This document shows, one piece after another, positions 43,378-52,975 of a stretch of 64,000 bases of DNA (positions are counted from its first letter, which is position 1; each line of letters opens with the position of its first letter). The DNA comes from Nitrospira sp. (GTDB taxonomy: Bacteria > Nitrospirota > Thermodesulfovibrionia > Thermodesulfovibrionales > SM23-35): NCBI GenBank assembly GCA_016873615.1, contig VGWX01000001.1, positions 53,734 through 117,733 on the forward strand. Reading direction: 5' to 3'. Below the pieces are notes generated by a model, which saw only the letters and a list, made by a program, of their open reading frames with translations, ran no database searches and was not told the origin of the DNA. Position numbers and translations under genes: made by a program.

Positions 43378-45102
43378 TCAGATCCCCCCCATCTTATGAA
43401 TCACAGCTGCTTCCTTGTCTGAATCCCCGATCGCCTGATAACAGGCAGCAGCATATTGTAATGACTGGCGTGATTCAGGAAATCCGAGGAAGCATTGCAA
43501 AGCATCTTCGTATTGGCCGAGGTTCATGTAGCTTATGCCGAGACAGACAGCGATATGTTCGTTCTTCGGAAATTGTTTTGCTCCGGCGGATAGTATGCTT
43601 ATCGATTCATCATATTTTCTTTTCTTCTGGTTAATAATCCCAAGGCCAAGATAAGCCCTTTCATTGGGGTAGTAACCGAGAGATTTTTCAAACAACCGCC
43701 TTGCAACTTCTTCTTTTTCCGGAATATCATCAATCGCCGAATAATCACCGTGGGTGAAGGTCATTGCAAGCCTTGAGAGAAAATCGGCATGAAACTCGTA
43801 GAGGTCATCCCTGTCAATTAGTTCTATCCCTCTTATAAATCCAGGGAGATTCTGATAGAAAGCGGCTCTGAGTTTTTTTCCGTAGGCGAGGATCATGTCC
43901 CCGGTCAAGCCGGGATCGGTCTCAAAGTATAAGATATCTTCCACTCTCTCTAACCAGATATCATCGTCCAGCTTATTCCTGCGTTTCCATTCTTCATATA
44001 ACGCAGTTCCCGGAAAGATATCGAGGATATAAAAAATAATACTCATGGGCTTGATCCCGCAGATCAGGTCTATTGTCTCTTGAATGGTCTTCGAGTTTTC
44101 CCCTGGGGAACCGTAGATAAAATAGGCGCGGGCAAGGATTCCATACCGGCTGGTCAGGCTAAAGGCATTCCTGACATCTTTCGTCCTGATATCCTTATTA
44201 AGAACTTTTCTGATCTTTTCTGAACCGCTTTCTATACCATAACTGATCTGGATACAGCCGGCCTTCCTCATCCAGCAGAGCATCTCCTCATCAACGTGGT
44301 TCACCCGTGCAATGGCAAACCAGCTTATCTTCATTCCCTTTTCGATTATCATCCTGCATATACGGATAACACGGTCCTTTCTCATGGTGAACGTGTCATC
44401 TGAAACAAAAAAGAAGACAATGCCTTTCCGGTACAGTTGCTCTATCATCCCGACAAAATATTCCGGCGAGTGAAACCTAACCCTGCGTCCCCAGAACTGA
44501 GGGGATCCGCAAAACGTACAATTCGATGGGCAGCCCCGTGAAGAAGAGATATGATTGAATGCAAAATATTCTGAAGGCATGGGCAACTGATCCAAATCCT
44601 GGATCACCCCGGCATCTTCCGTCTTTACGATATTTCCCTCTTTTCGAAATACAATACCCTTAATTTGTTCGATCCCTTCGCAGTTGCCTTTTTCGATAGA
44701 CTGAACAAGGCTCAGAAAACTGTATTCTGCCTCGCCAAGCACAGCGTAGTCTATCTCTTTGAAATGCATCAACAGATGTCTCCAGAGGAACGTTGTACCG
44801 ACGCCACCGAATACTATTTTCACCTGCGGGAGGATACGCCTGGCTATTCCGGCGATATCAATCCCGCCCCATCTGTTCGCGTGCACAATGGAAAAGCCGA
44901 TTACTGCCGGATTTTTCTCTCTGAGGGTATTTTCGATTTCATCCGGCCTTAAGTTGATGTCGAACCAATTTAAAATCTCGACATCAAATCCATTTTGCTT
45001 CAGCACAGCGCCGATATAATAAAGACCGATAGGCACTGTCTGTACATCTTCCATCTGAAGCCTTTTCTCAAGAAAATAAGGATAAATGAGCAGTATTTTC
45101 AT
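43378..45102 (-). CDS. B12-binding radical SAM protein with C-terminal TPR domain
   Basis: 574 aa: N-terminal cobalamin-binding-like domain, CPSNCTFC cluster motif, C-terminal TPR-like repeats. Confidence 0.8.
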   Translation of the reverse strand: MKILLIYPYFLEKRLQMEDVQTVPIGLYYIGAVLKQNGFDVEILNWFDINLRPDEIENTLREKNPAVIGFSIVHANRWGGIDIAGIARRILPQVKIVFGGVGTTFLWRHLLMHFKEIDYAVLGEAEYSFLSLVQSIEKGNCEGIEQIKGIVFRKEGNIVKTEDAGVIQDLDQLPMPSEYFAFNHISSSRGCPSNCTFCGSPQFWGRRVRFHSPEYFVGMIEQLYRKGIVFFFVSDDTFTMRKDRVIRICRMIIEKGMKISWFAIARVNHVDEEMLCWMRKAGCIQISYGIESGSEKIRKVLNKDIRTKDVRNAFSLTSRYGILARAYFIYGSPGENSKTIQETIDLICGIKPMSIIFYILDIFPGTALYEEWKRRNKLDDDIWLERVEDILYFETDPGLTGDMILAYGKKLRAAFYQNLPGFIRGIELIDRDDLYEFHADFLSRLAMTFTHGDYSAIDDIPEKEEVARRLFEKSLGYYPNERAYLGLGIINQKKRKYDESISILSAGAKQFPKNEHIAVCLGISYMNLGQYEDALQCFLGFPESRQSLQYAAACYQAIGDSDKEAAVIHKMGGI

Positions 45103-45166
45103 ATGATTAACCTCTGGCTGTTCATTATACTATAACATCCTTTCGCTTAACCCGAAAAATGCAATT

Positions 45167-45355
45167 GACGGTAGGCATGTATGCAGTAAAAGCGCTGTGT
45201 TCTACCCGGCGAATCCGCTGAGGCGGACAGCACCTTTGTAAGCGCTTTAATAACCCGGATAACTTGCACGTTTCCATTCTTAGCGTTTAGATTCTATATA
45301 GACACAAATTCTGCGTTCAAGAGGTTTTGATGCATATGTGCCTACCGTCCTTTTT
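45167..45355 (+). ncRNA. candidate structured RNA (about 190 nt), family unknown
   Basis: The 19-nt arms 45167-45185 and 45331-45349 pair completely as RNA on the plus strand only (17 Watson-Crick plus 2 G-U pairs). Internal helices are AAAGCGCU/AGCGCUUU (45189-45196/45241-45248) and CCGC-UGAG-GCGG. CUUUUUAU follows the closing stem. Confidence 0.3.
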
Positions 45356-45502
45356 ATCCAAACTCATTTTTAGGGTTGATCTTTTTCTGTTGACGAATGC
45401 AATAGAAAATGTATACATTTCTATATCCGGGTTTTTAGCATCTGCGATATGTTTTATGTTGAACCTGTATTGATTAATCAAAAACAAGGAGGACCAAATA
45501 AA

Positions 45503-45754
45503 ATGACTGACCTCAAATCCAAAATACCATCAGAAACCCTTGACGTACTTGGGAAAGACTGTCCGTATCCCATCGTTCTCATTAAAAAGGAAATGGAAAA
45601 ACTGCATAGTGGCGCAACCTTGAAAATACTCTGTGATTCTTCAGCAACTGTTGAGGAAGCAATCCTTCGTTATTGTGAAAAACATGGATATCAGTTTGAA
45701 GCTGTTAAGTTCGAAGATAAGGGCTACTGGGAATTCTATATCGAGAAAACCTAA
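45503..45754 (+). CDS. tusA: TusA/SirA-family sulfurtransferase
   Basis: 83 aa from ATG 45503 (AAGGAGG upstream). It has the active-site motif LGKDCPYPIV. Confidence 0.75.
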   Translation: MTDLKSKIPSETLDVLGKDCPYPIVLIKKEMEKLHSGATLKILCDSSATVEEAILRYCEKHGYQFEAVKFEDKGYWEFYIEKT

Positions 45755-46324
45755 TATCCCTTTTTCCTTACGTACCGTATAAACCAGATAAGGAAACCCG
45801 CAGCAAGAACACAGCCTGCTATATATGGCTCATAATGTTTTACATCGCCGAGCAGGTTCTTAAGTGTGGCTCCGAAGAAATATCCGCCGCTCGTGCATAT
45901 GACAGCCCATATAAGGCAGCTAATGAACTGAAGAGTAAAGTATTTTAGCGTTCCCATACGCGAAAGGCCAAGCACCGCTGCACTCAAAAGCCTGAAACCA
46001 TAGAGCCACTGGCTTATGAAGAGTGCGGCAGTTCCATACTTCGCCATCAGGGCCTCCAGTTTTAAGAGATTAACCTTCACAAATCTCCGGATCAATGTAA
46101 AAAAAGCCTCTCTTTTATATAGGGCAATCAGGAAAAAGGCGCCATGTCCTATATATGAAGCTGCAGTCGATACAATTACAACTGTTACTGCATCAAGATG
46201 CCCTGTGTAAGCAAGGAATCCTGCAGCTATAAGGACGCTTTCCCCTTCAAAAAAAGTCAGAATGAATATAGCGATATAGCCGTATCGTGTTATGAACTCT
46301 TCCAGAAAATCCCCCCCCGAACAT
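45751..46324 (-). pseudogene. DedA-family membrane protein, frameshifted in a C8 (G8 on the coding strand) homopolymer
   Basis: ATG 46324-46322 is followed by TTC then G8 (46318-46311). The DedA frame (...DFLEEFITRYGYIAIFILTFFEGESVLIAAGFLAY...) is open from there to 45751 but is offset by one nt from the ATG. With G7 it would read MFGGDFLEEFITRYGY.... Confidence 0.75.
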
Positions 46325-46330
46325 AAAAAA

Positions 46331-46355
46331 GGGGATGCCGGTTTACCGCATCCCC
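46331..46355. terminator. bidirectional rho-independent terminator
   Basis: Stem GGGGATGC / GCATCCCC, flanked by A6 (46325-46330) and T5 (46356-46360). It sits between the ferredoxin gene and dedA. Confidence 0.6.
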
Positions 46356-46396
46356 TTTTTCAATTTTGAAACAAAATACTCACATCTTCATAGATG

Positions 46397-46585
46397 TTAG
46401 CTTTCTTTCATTGTAATTGCGCCACTCGGACAAACACTGACGCAGGTTTCACAACCTTCGCATAAGTCTGCCTGATAAGGGTCTGACTTACCGTCCTTCA
46501 TCTGAAACACACCAACCGGACAATTGTTAACGCACTCTTCGCACCCATCACACTTAGCAACATCTACGGTAACTGAAAATGCCAC
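46397..46585 (-). CDS. 2x[4Fe-4S] ferredoxin
   Basis: 62 aa with CDGCEECVNNCP and CEGCETCVSVCP. Confidence 0.85.
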   Translation of the reverse strand: MAFSVTVDVAKCDGCEECVNNCPVGVFQMKDGKSDPYQADLCEGCETCVSVCPSGAITMKES

Positions 46586-46691
46586 TTGTACTCACCTCCT
46601 TAATTTGATTGCAGCGATCCACTCTTTAATTATATTTAAACTTATATTTAATTAAAAAATCTACCCATGCCCGAATGAACCCGGTCACCTG

Positions 46692-47888
46692 TTATTCAGC
46701 CTTAATCTGTTTTTCACCGTACTTATCGAATACTACTTCTTCTTTGATTGAAACAGCTATTTTGTAAAGGATAGTCAATACCAGAAAACCGATTGCCCAA
46801 ACAGCAAGGGCAATTAATGCTTCAGGCAATGTCGGCCAGTACTCGGTTATTTTTTCGAATGAATTAGGCACAAAACCTCCCACAACCAAGCCAAATCCTT
46901 TATCAATCCATAACGAAAAGAACGTCGCTAAACACGCAACTGCCAGCAAATTTTCATTTTTTCTTATCTGCGGGAACACAAGCAACACAATAGCGATAAG
47001 TGCCAGGATGCTCGAAACCCACATGATAGGAACAAGCTGGTTATGACCGTGCAGACCCGCGTAAAGATAAGCAAAGGTATGCATGTGTCCGGGTATCTGA
47101 CTGTAAAACGCGGTAAATAATTCGAGACCGAGGAAAAATACATTAATCAGCATGCAGTATGTAACGATTTTACCTAACGATTGAATAGCTTCTTTGCCGG
47201 GATCAAATTTCGTGTATTTTCTTACGATCAAAGCCAGAATAATAAGCAGGGCAGGACCGCCTGCAAATGCCGACGCCAGGAATCGGGCAGCCAGAATTGC
47301 CGTCAGCCAGAAATGTTTTCCCGGAATACCTGCATACAAAAATGCCGTAACGGTATGAATTGAAGGCGCCCAAACAATCGAGAGAATGATAAGAGGTTTT
47401 ACCCACTTGGGCGGTGCAACTTCCTTTCTCTCTGCGCCCAGAACTGTCCATCCGATCAGAAGGTTGAGCATAAGATATCCGCTCAGAACAAGCATATCAT
47501 AGAACATGACAGAATTGGGAGTCGGATGGAGAATTACATTGAGAACTCTCAACGGCTGTCCCAGATCGACAAAGATAAACAGCATGCACATGATGACCGC
47601 AGCAATGGCAAGAAATTCTCCTAAAATAGTGAGCCTGCCGAATTTCTTATAATCATGCAGATAATATGGCAGGACAACCATAACACCCGAAGCTGCGACT
47701 CCGACAAGAAAAGTAAACTGCCCGATATACAATCCCCATGATACATCCCTGCTCATGCCTGTAATGCCTAAACCGCTCTTGAATTGATAAAGATATGCCA
47801 GAAAACCAACGCTTATCAGTCCCAGCAAAAAGAATATCCAGACCCAGTATCTTCGACCTCCATATATCGCTTTCTCAAGCATTATCAT
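46692..47888 (-). CDS. dsrP: DsrP, NrfD-family integral membrane subunit of DsrMKJOP
   Basis: 398 aa, about 10 TM helices, position after dsrO. Confidence 0.85.
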   Translation of the reverse strand: MIMLEKAIYGGRRYWVWIFFLLGLISVGFLAYLYQFKSGLGITGMSRDVSWGLYIGQFTFLVGVAASGVMVVLPYYLHDYKKFGRLTILGEFLAIAAVIMCMLFIFVDLGQPLRVLNVILHPTPNSVMFYDMLVLSGYLMLNLLIGWTVLGAERKEVAPPKWVKPLIILSIVWAPSIHTVTAFLYAGIPGKHFWLTAILAARFLASAFAGGPALLIILALIVRKYTKFDPGKEAIQSLGKIVTYCMLINVFFLGLELFTAFYSQIPGHMHTFAYLYAGLHGHNQLVPIMWVSSILALIAIVLLVFPQIRKNENLLAVACLATFFSLWIDKGFGLVVGGFVPNSFEKITEYWPTLPEALIALAVWAIGFLVLTILYKIAVSIKEEVVFDKYGEKQIKAE

Positions 47889-47894
47889 TCCCTC

Positions 47895-48683
47895 CTAAAT
47901 TATGTAATACACACTAGTGCCTGTCCCGAGTTCAGGTTTGCGCCTGATAGTGAACCGTTCACTGAGGACTTTCCGTACTGCAGAATTCGGATCCTCAAGA
48001 TCGCCAAAAATCAATGCGCCATTGGATACTTCAACACATGCCGGCTGAAGACCTTTCGCAAGCCTCTCATAGCATAGAGTGCACTTCTCTACAACACCCT
48101 TCATCCGTGTAGGAAATTCGAGATTTTCTTTGGACCCATCAATATAAGGCCTTGGATCCTTGTAATTGAAACTTCTGGCGCCATAGGGGCACCCTGCCAT
48201 GCAGAATCTGCATCCAATGCACCGGTGCATATCCATCATGACAATGCCGTCACTTTTTCTTTTGAAAGTTGCCTGTGTCGGACAAACCCTTACGCAGGGA
48301 GGATTCTCGCAGTGATTACAGAGCATCAGAAATGGCATATGTTGAAATCTTTCCGCCCTGTATTTATCTTCATTTCCAGGGAAGGCATGTTCATATGTTT
48401 CTGTCCACAACCACTTGATCTCATGTTTCGGGTTATCAGTTATGTGAGGCACATTATGGGAAAGATGACATGCATTAATGCATTTCTGGTAGTCTTCCTC
48501 TGATTTAAACTTGCTCATGTCTACTACCATAGCCCATCTTTTTGCCGTCAAAGCCTCCGGAGCCCTCGACGCCTGTGAAGCCTCAACACGGTTTCTTACA
48601 CCCTGAACAGCAGACACGCCTCCAATGCCCAATATCGTTGTAATTCCAGCCATCTTTAAAAATTCTCTTCTATTGATGCTCAT
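47895..48683 (-). CDS. dsrO: DsrO, periplasmic ferredoxin-like FeS subunit (Tat signal)
   Basis: Start chosen at MSINRREFLK (ATG 48683, overlapping the dsrJ stop as ATGA). It has the twin-arginine motif and Cys clusters such as CIGCRFCMAGCP. Confidence 0.85.
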   Translation of the reverse strand: MSINRREFLKMAGITTILGIGGVSAVQGVRNRVEASQASRAPEALTAKRWAMVVDMSKFKSEEDYQKCINACHLSHNVPHITDNPKHEIKWLWTETYEHAFPGNEDKYRAERFQHMPFLMLCNHCENPPCVRVCPTQATFKRKSDGIVMMDMHRCIGCRFCMAGCPYGARSFNYKDPRPYIDGSKENLEFPTRMKGVVEKCTLCYERLAKGLQPACVEVSNGALIFGDLEDPNSAVRKVLSERFTIRRKPELGTGTSVYYII

Positions 48684-49084
48684 GACTCTTTCTCCTTCGG
48701 AGCGATATGGCAATCCCAGCAGTAAGGTTTTACTGCCGTGTAATTATGACATTCATCACAGAATTTCTTCTTGTTGGAATGACATTTCATACAGGTATTC
48801 TGAAGGCTCATGTTGAATGTTTTCCCTTCAGCGTTTGTATAAATTGTATTGCCGTCACGGACAACCCAGTCCCTCCAGTCGTTCAGTAACTGCATATGCT
48901 CTTTTTTCATGAATGACTTGGATTCCACACATTTCCTCTCATTCTCCGGCATCTTGAGAATCTCCGGGGTATCGATTTTCGGGTCAGGTTTTGCAGTAGC
49001 TTTCCCACCAGCGAAGATGAATGGAAATGTCACTAACCCGACAAAAATGATAATGCCGATAATTATCTTTCCCGCGTTATACAT
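48680..49084 (-). CDS. dsrJ: DsrJ, triheme cytochrome c
   Basis: Three CxxCH motifs (CMKCH, CDECH, CWDCH) and an N-terminal anchor. Start chosen at MYNAGK (49084), just after the dsrK stop. Confidence 0.85.
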   Translation of the reverse strand: MYNAGKIIIGIIIFVGLVTFPFIFAGGKATAKPDPKIDTPEILKMPENERKCVESKSFMKKEHMQLLNDWRDWVVRDGNTIYTNAEGKTFNMSLQNTCMKCHSNKKKFCDECHNYTAVKPYCWDCHIAPKEKES

Positions 49085-49085
49085 G

Positions 49086-50690
49086 CTATTCACCCTCCAT
49101 TCCAGGGAGAGGATCACCTCGCAGATTGGTAGTTCGCTTCTTCTCCCCTTTCATTACTAAGGCGTTCCCGACCATCTCATGAACACCGGTAACACGCGTG
49201 CCAGGGACCCAATAGTCAACTGAGGCAGTGAGGGCTGCCCTGTCAATCGCACAGATGCAGGAAAGCATGTTCACACCATATTTCTGGACAACATGTTTGA
49301 CTGCATTTGCCCTCGGAAGGCCTCCTCTTAGCCTGATTTCCATGTTCTCTGATGCATTCAACCCGGAACCGCTTCCGCAGCAGAATGTCTGTTCCCTGAT
49401 CGTATTTGGCGGCATTTCATAGAATTTATTGCAGACATTATTGATGATATATCTTGGTTCCTCCAGGAATCCCATGCCTCTTGATGTATTGCAGGAATCA
49501 TGGAACGTGACAACCAGGTCATCGTTTCTGCTCTTGTCAAGATTCAGTTTCCCGTTTTTGATTAAGTCAGATGTAAATTCACAGATATGAACTGTCTTGT
49601 TCGATTTTGCATTCTCGAATTTTGTTCCTGTTATCGGAGAGACCGGTTCTTCAAGAAAGTCCATAGGACCGAACCATGTATTGTGATACTGATGCCAGAC
49701 CCTCCACATATGTCCGCATTCTCCCCCGAGTATCCATTTTACCTTCAGCCGTTTTGCCTCTGCATAAATCTTCGAATGCAATCTTTTAGCCATTTCGTTC
49801 GAAGTAAAGAAGCCGAAATCCCCGCCTTCCGATGCATATGTGCTCCAGGTATAGTCAAGGCCAAGCTCATGGAAGAGAAGCAGTTCACCCATGGTTGTGT
49901 ATGTCCCGGGATCTGCAAAGAAGTCTCCGGAAGGCACCACTACAAGAATCTCTGCGCCCTTTCTGTTAAACGTAGGATTTACCCTGATGCCTGTGAACGT
50001 TTCCAGATCATCTGCAAACATATCGAATGTATCCTTGATAGTGTGAGGCTGCAGACCAAGATGGTTGCCGGTTCTGTAGCAATTTGCAACCGGGCCTGCA
50101 ATCCAGTCGATGTTTAATCCCAGCAGGTTCAGGAGTTCTCTTGCTAATATTGTAATCTCAGCGGTATCAATGCCGTATGGACAGAAAAGGGAGCAGCGGC
50201 GGCATTCAGTGCATTGATATGCATAATACCAGATTTCCTTCAGTACATCGACGGTCAGTTCCCGGGCTCCGGCTATCTTTCCCATGATCTTTCCGGATGT
50301 TGTGCAGTATTTCCTGTAGACCGACCTGAGAAGTTCTGCCCTGAGAACAGGCATGTTCTTCGGGTCTCCGCCACCGATGTAAAAGTGGCATTTGTCGGCA
50401 CAGGCGCCGCACCGCACACAGATATCAAGGAAAAGCCTGAATGAACGGAATTTGTTTACCCGTTCCCTCAGTCCCTCAATGAATATCTCCTGCCAGTTCT
50501 CAGGAAGCTTCCAGTCTTCTTCCATAACAGTCCATTGTCTCGGGTTGGGAAGACCGACATATTCAAGAGATTTGGATTTTCCGGCATGGCAGAACATACC
50601 CTTTCTGATTTCAGCCGGGGTATCCATCCACCCGGTTTTCGGAGGCTTATACTCTATTCTCGCAAGTTCTTCTGGTTTTGGATTTGCCAT
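49086..50690 (-). CDS. dsrK: DsrK, HdrD-like catalytic FeS subunit
   Basis: 534 aa with CVRCGACADKC and CTECRRCSLFCP ferredoxin motifs plus CCG-domain cysteines (FCCGSGSG). Confidence 0.9.
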   Translation of the reverse strand: MANPKPEELARIEYKPPKTGWMDTPAEIRKGMFCHAGKSKSLEYVGLPNPRQWTVMEEDWKLPENWQEIFIEGLRERVNKFRSFRLFLDICVRCGACADKCHFYIGGGDPKNMPVLRAELLRSVYRKYCTTSGKIMGKIAGARELTVDVLKEIWYYAYQCTECRRCSLFCPYGIDTAEITILARELLNLLGLNIDWIAGPVANCYRTGNHLGLQPHTIKDTFDMFADDLETFTGIRVNPTFNRKGAEILVVVPSGDFFADPGTYTTMGELLLFHELGLDYTWSTYASEGGDFGFFTSNEMAKRLHSKIYAEAKRLKVKWILGGECGHMWRVWHQYHNTWFGPMDFLEEPVSPITGTKFENAKSNKTVHICEFTSDLIKNGKLNLDKSRNDDLVVTFHDSCNTSRGMGFLEEPRYIINNVCNKFYEMPPNTIREQTFCCGSGSGLNASENMEIRLRGGLPRANAVKHVVQKYGVNMLSCICAIDRAALTASVDYWVPGTRVTGVHEMVGNALVMKGEKKRTTNLRGDPLPGMEGE

Positions 50691-50692
50691 AA

Positions 50693-51685
50693 TTACTCCT
50701 TTTCTACTGGTAATCCAGCTTCTTTCATCACATTTCTGAATTCATCTTCATATTCATCATATGTATGAGCCTTCACAGGGTAGTTCCATGGATTCACATG
50801 CATAACTGCACGGTTGTTGTTCGCCAGATTCCTGGTAGGACTAAGGAATACCCCTGCCATATGCATCAGCTTGCTCATAGGGAAATAAGCGAATAAGGCA
50901 GAAACAAGGAACAGATGTATATAAAAGATTGTGCCGATAGTCTGGGGAATTACAGGACTGAAGGTGATCAGCCCCATGGTTAATTCCTTTATCCCCACAA
51001 CATCTGTTTTTAAGAAATAGCGCATTAAAACACCTGTAACGCCAATGGCGCCGATCAGGAAGAGCGGGAAATAATCAGCAGCAAGTGATATGTAGCGCAC
51101 CTGAGGGATAACAACCCTTCTGAGGAAAAGAAATGTCACTGCGCCAAGGAATATCAAATTAGTAATATAAAGTACCGGCGCGCCAACCTGGAAAAACCCG
51201 TCGAGCGCTTCCACTATTTCTATTGGCAGCGGAACAGGCTCAAGGAAGAACCGCAAGTGTCTGATAAGGATGATCAGGAAGGCATAGTGAAAGGCAAGGC
51301 CGCCTAACCACAGCCATTTGGTTGAACCATATGAAAGCTTTGGTCCATCCCTTAATTCAGCCCTTGTGTTCCTGAAGAGGGAGCGGAAGAGAAGCACTTC
51401 AAGCGTCATTCTTATAATGACGCCAATTGAAGTGAACGGGTTGTCGATGGTATTCTGCTTGATCCAGGGAAAAGATTTCCCCTGTCCCGCGGTTGTCGGG
51501 ATGCGGAATGGAACAGGTACGCGTGCCCACTGCAGAATGCGGTATATTATACCGATCAGAAACGCAAAGAAAGCTGCATAGGGTATAATAACCCCGAACA
51601 GGTAGCGCATGTCTGCAGCCTTCACTCCGATAAAAACGATTACTCCAAGAGCAACGACTGTGAAAAAGGAAAATATCAGTCCCAT
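50693..51685 (-). CDS. dsrM: DsrM, NarI-like diheme membrane subunit
   Basis: 330 aa polytopic protein, first gene of the MKJOP set. Confidence 0.9.
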   Translation of the reverse strand: MGLIFSFFTVVALGVIVFIGVKAADMRYLFGVIIPYAAFFAFLIGIIYRILQWARVPVPFRIPTTAGQGKSFPWIKQNTIDNPFTSIGVIIRMTLEVLLFRSLFRNTRAELRDGPKLSYGSTKWLWLGGLAFHYAFLIILIRHLRFFLEPVPLPIEIVEALDGFFQVGAPVLYITNLIFLGAVTFLFLRRVVIPQVRYISLAADYFPLFLIGAIGVTGVLMRYFLKTDVVGIKELTMGLITFSPVIPQTIGTIFYIHLFLVSALFAYFPMSKLMHMAGVFLSPTRNLANNNRAVMHVNPWNYPVKAHTYDEYEDEFRNVMKEAGLPVEKE

Positions 51686-51689
51686 TTTT

Positions 51690-52256
51690 CTACCCCTCTA
51701 TCTTTTGTGTTAATACTGATTCTGAACCATTTTCCGGTTCCTGATCCCTGATATCACAAATGAGATTAGCCCTCTTTAAAAGTCCGAATGTCATCCTTTT
51801 CACTTCTTCTGTCTTAATCTCATAGATCCTCTCCCTGCATTTCATATAAATATCAAACGAAAGGAGTGCAAGTCCATCTATCTCTGATTCAAATGATAAA
51901 AGCTCATCTGAAAAATTTTTGCCATTTGTTTCTTTAGCGATCTCTTCCCTGATGATTGGTTTTAGAAGGAAAATGAAAGAGATTGCATTGGATGGAGAGA
52001 AATCCTGTACTGCTTTTATTTTGATGATGTCATTAAGATAGGGGAAAAACCTCTCGGAATTGGCATCATCCCGGAGCAGACCGTCGAACAGACCTTCGAC
52101 GCCCTCTGCAAGGGTATATCCAACGGGATTATGAAAACAGTCAGCCTGACTCTTTATAAAGTTGGAAGCATTGGAAGGATATGTGTCAGCTGTTGCATGA
52201 AACCATTTTTTTATGATCGCAGGTTTTCTATTTTTAAGGAGATCATTAAAATTCAT
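51690..52256 (-). CDS. RsbRD-N-like protein in the dsrT position (putative DsrT)
   Basis: 188 aa, immediately upstream of dsrM (4-nt gap). The assignment rests on position and my memory of the dsrT family. No catalytic motif. Confidence 0.4.
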   Translation of the reverse strand: MNFNDLLKNRKPAIIKKWFHATADTYPSNASNFIKSQADCFHNPVGYTLAEGVEGLFDGLLRDDANSERFFPYLNDIIKIKAVQDFSPSNAISFIFLLKPIIREEIAKETNGKNFSDELLSFESEIDGLALLSFDIYMKCRERIYEIKTEEVKRMTFGLLKRANLICDIRDQEPENGSESVLTQKIEG

Positions 52257-52453
52257 AATCCGGCCTGTTCTTCTCCTTGAAAGTTCTGCCTATCGTGTTT
52301 ATAAATAGGCTACTAATTTTATTTCACGAAGCTGCACTAGTCAACTCGAATTTAAAATTGTCAAGCAAACTAAAATGACAGAATGAAGAGCAAGAAGTGA
52401 GAAGCTGTTAAACCTCCAACTTCTTGCTTTTCAGGAACTCTATATGTGCTGAA

Positions 52454-52789
52454 TTAAACGCAACCTGTCGGTTTCGGGAGCCCGGCAAATCTACATGCCT
52501 GTTTTGCAGGACCAGCCGGGAAAAGCTCATACAGGTACTTGGTATTGCCCTTCTCCGGTCCCATGGCCTTGCCGAGTTCTTTTACGAGAATCTTGATCAT
52601 AGGAGCAATCTGGAATTTAATAAAGTATTCCCTGAGGAATTTTATAATCTCCCAGTGTTCACTGGTAAGAGTCAGGCCATCCTGCTGCGCCATAACTTGA
52701 GCCATCCCTTCCTTCCATGCCTGCCAGTCCGTGAGATAACCATCTTCATCAACTTCGTACTGCTGCCCTTCAAATTCTAAATGTGGCAT
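52454..52789 (-). CDS. dsrC: DsrC (TusE/DsrC/DsvC family)
   Basis: 111 aa ending ...CRFAGLPKPTGCV, with both conserved C-terminal-arm cysteines. Confidence 0.95.
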   Translation of the reverse strand: MPHLEFEGQQYEVDEDGYLTDWQAWKEGMAQVMAQQDGLTLTSEHWEIIKFLREYFIKFQIAPMIKILVKELGKAMGPEKGNTKYLYELFPAGPAKQACRFAGLPKPTGCV

Positions 52790-52975
52790 CTTTCTTTCCT
52801 CCTTGTTTGTTTTTTAGTTTCTTTGACAGAAAAAAACTTCCCATCAATTCAAGCCGCTGTATAGTACCACAAAGATAATCTATCTTTCAATCAACAAAAA
52901 ACAGATATTTTTAGCAAATTATGAATGGGTTATAAAAGGTAATACAAAGAGAGGGATATGGTCAAATAAAAAAAT

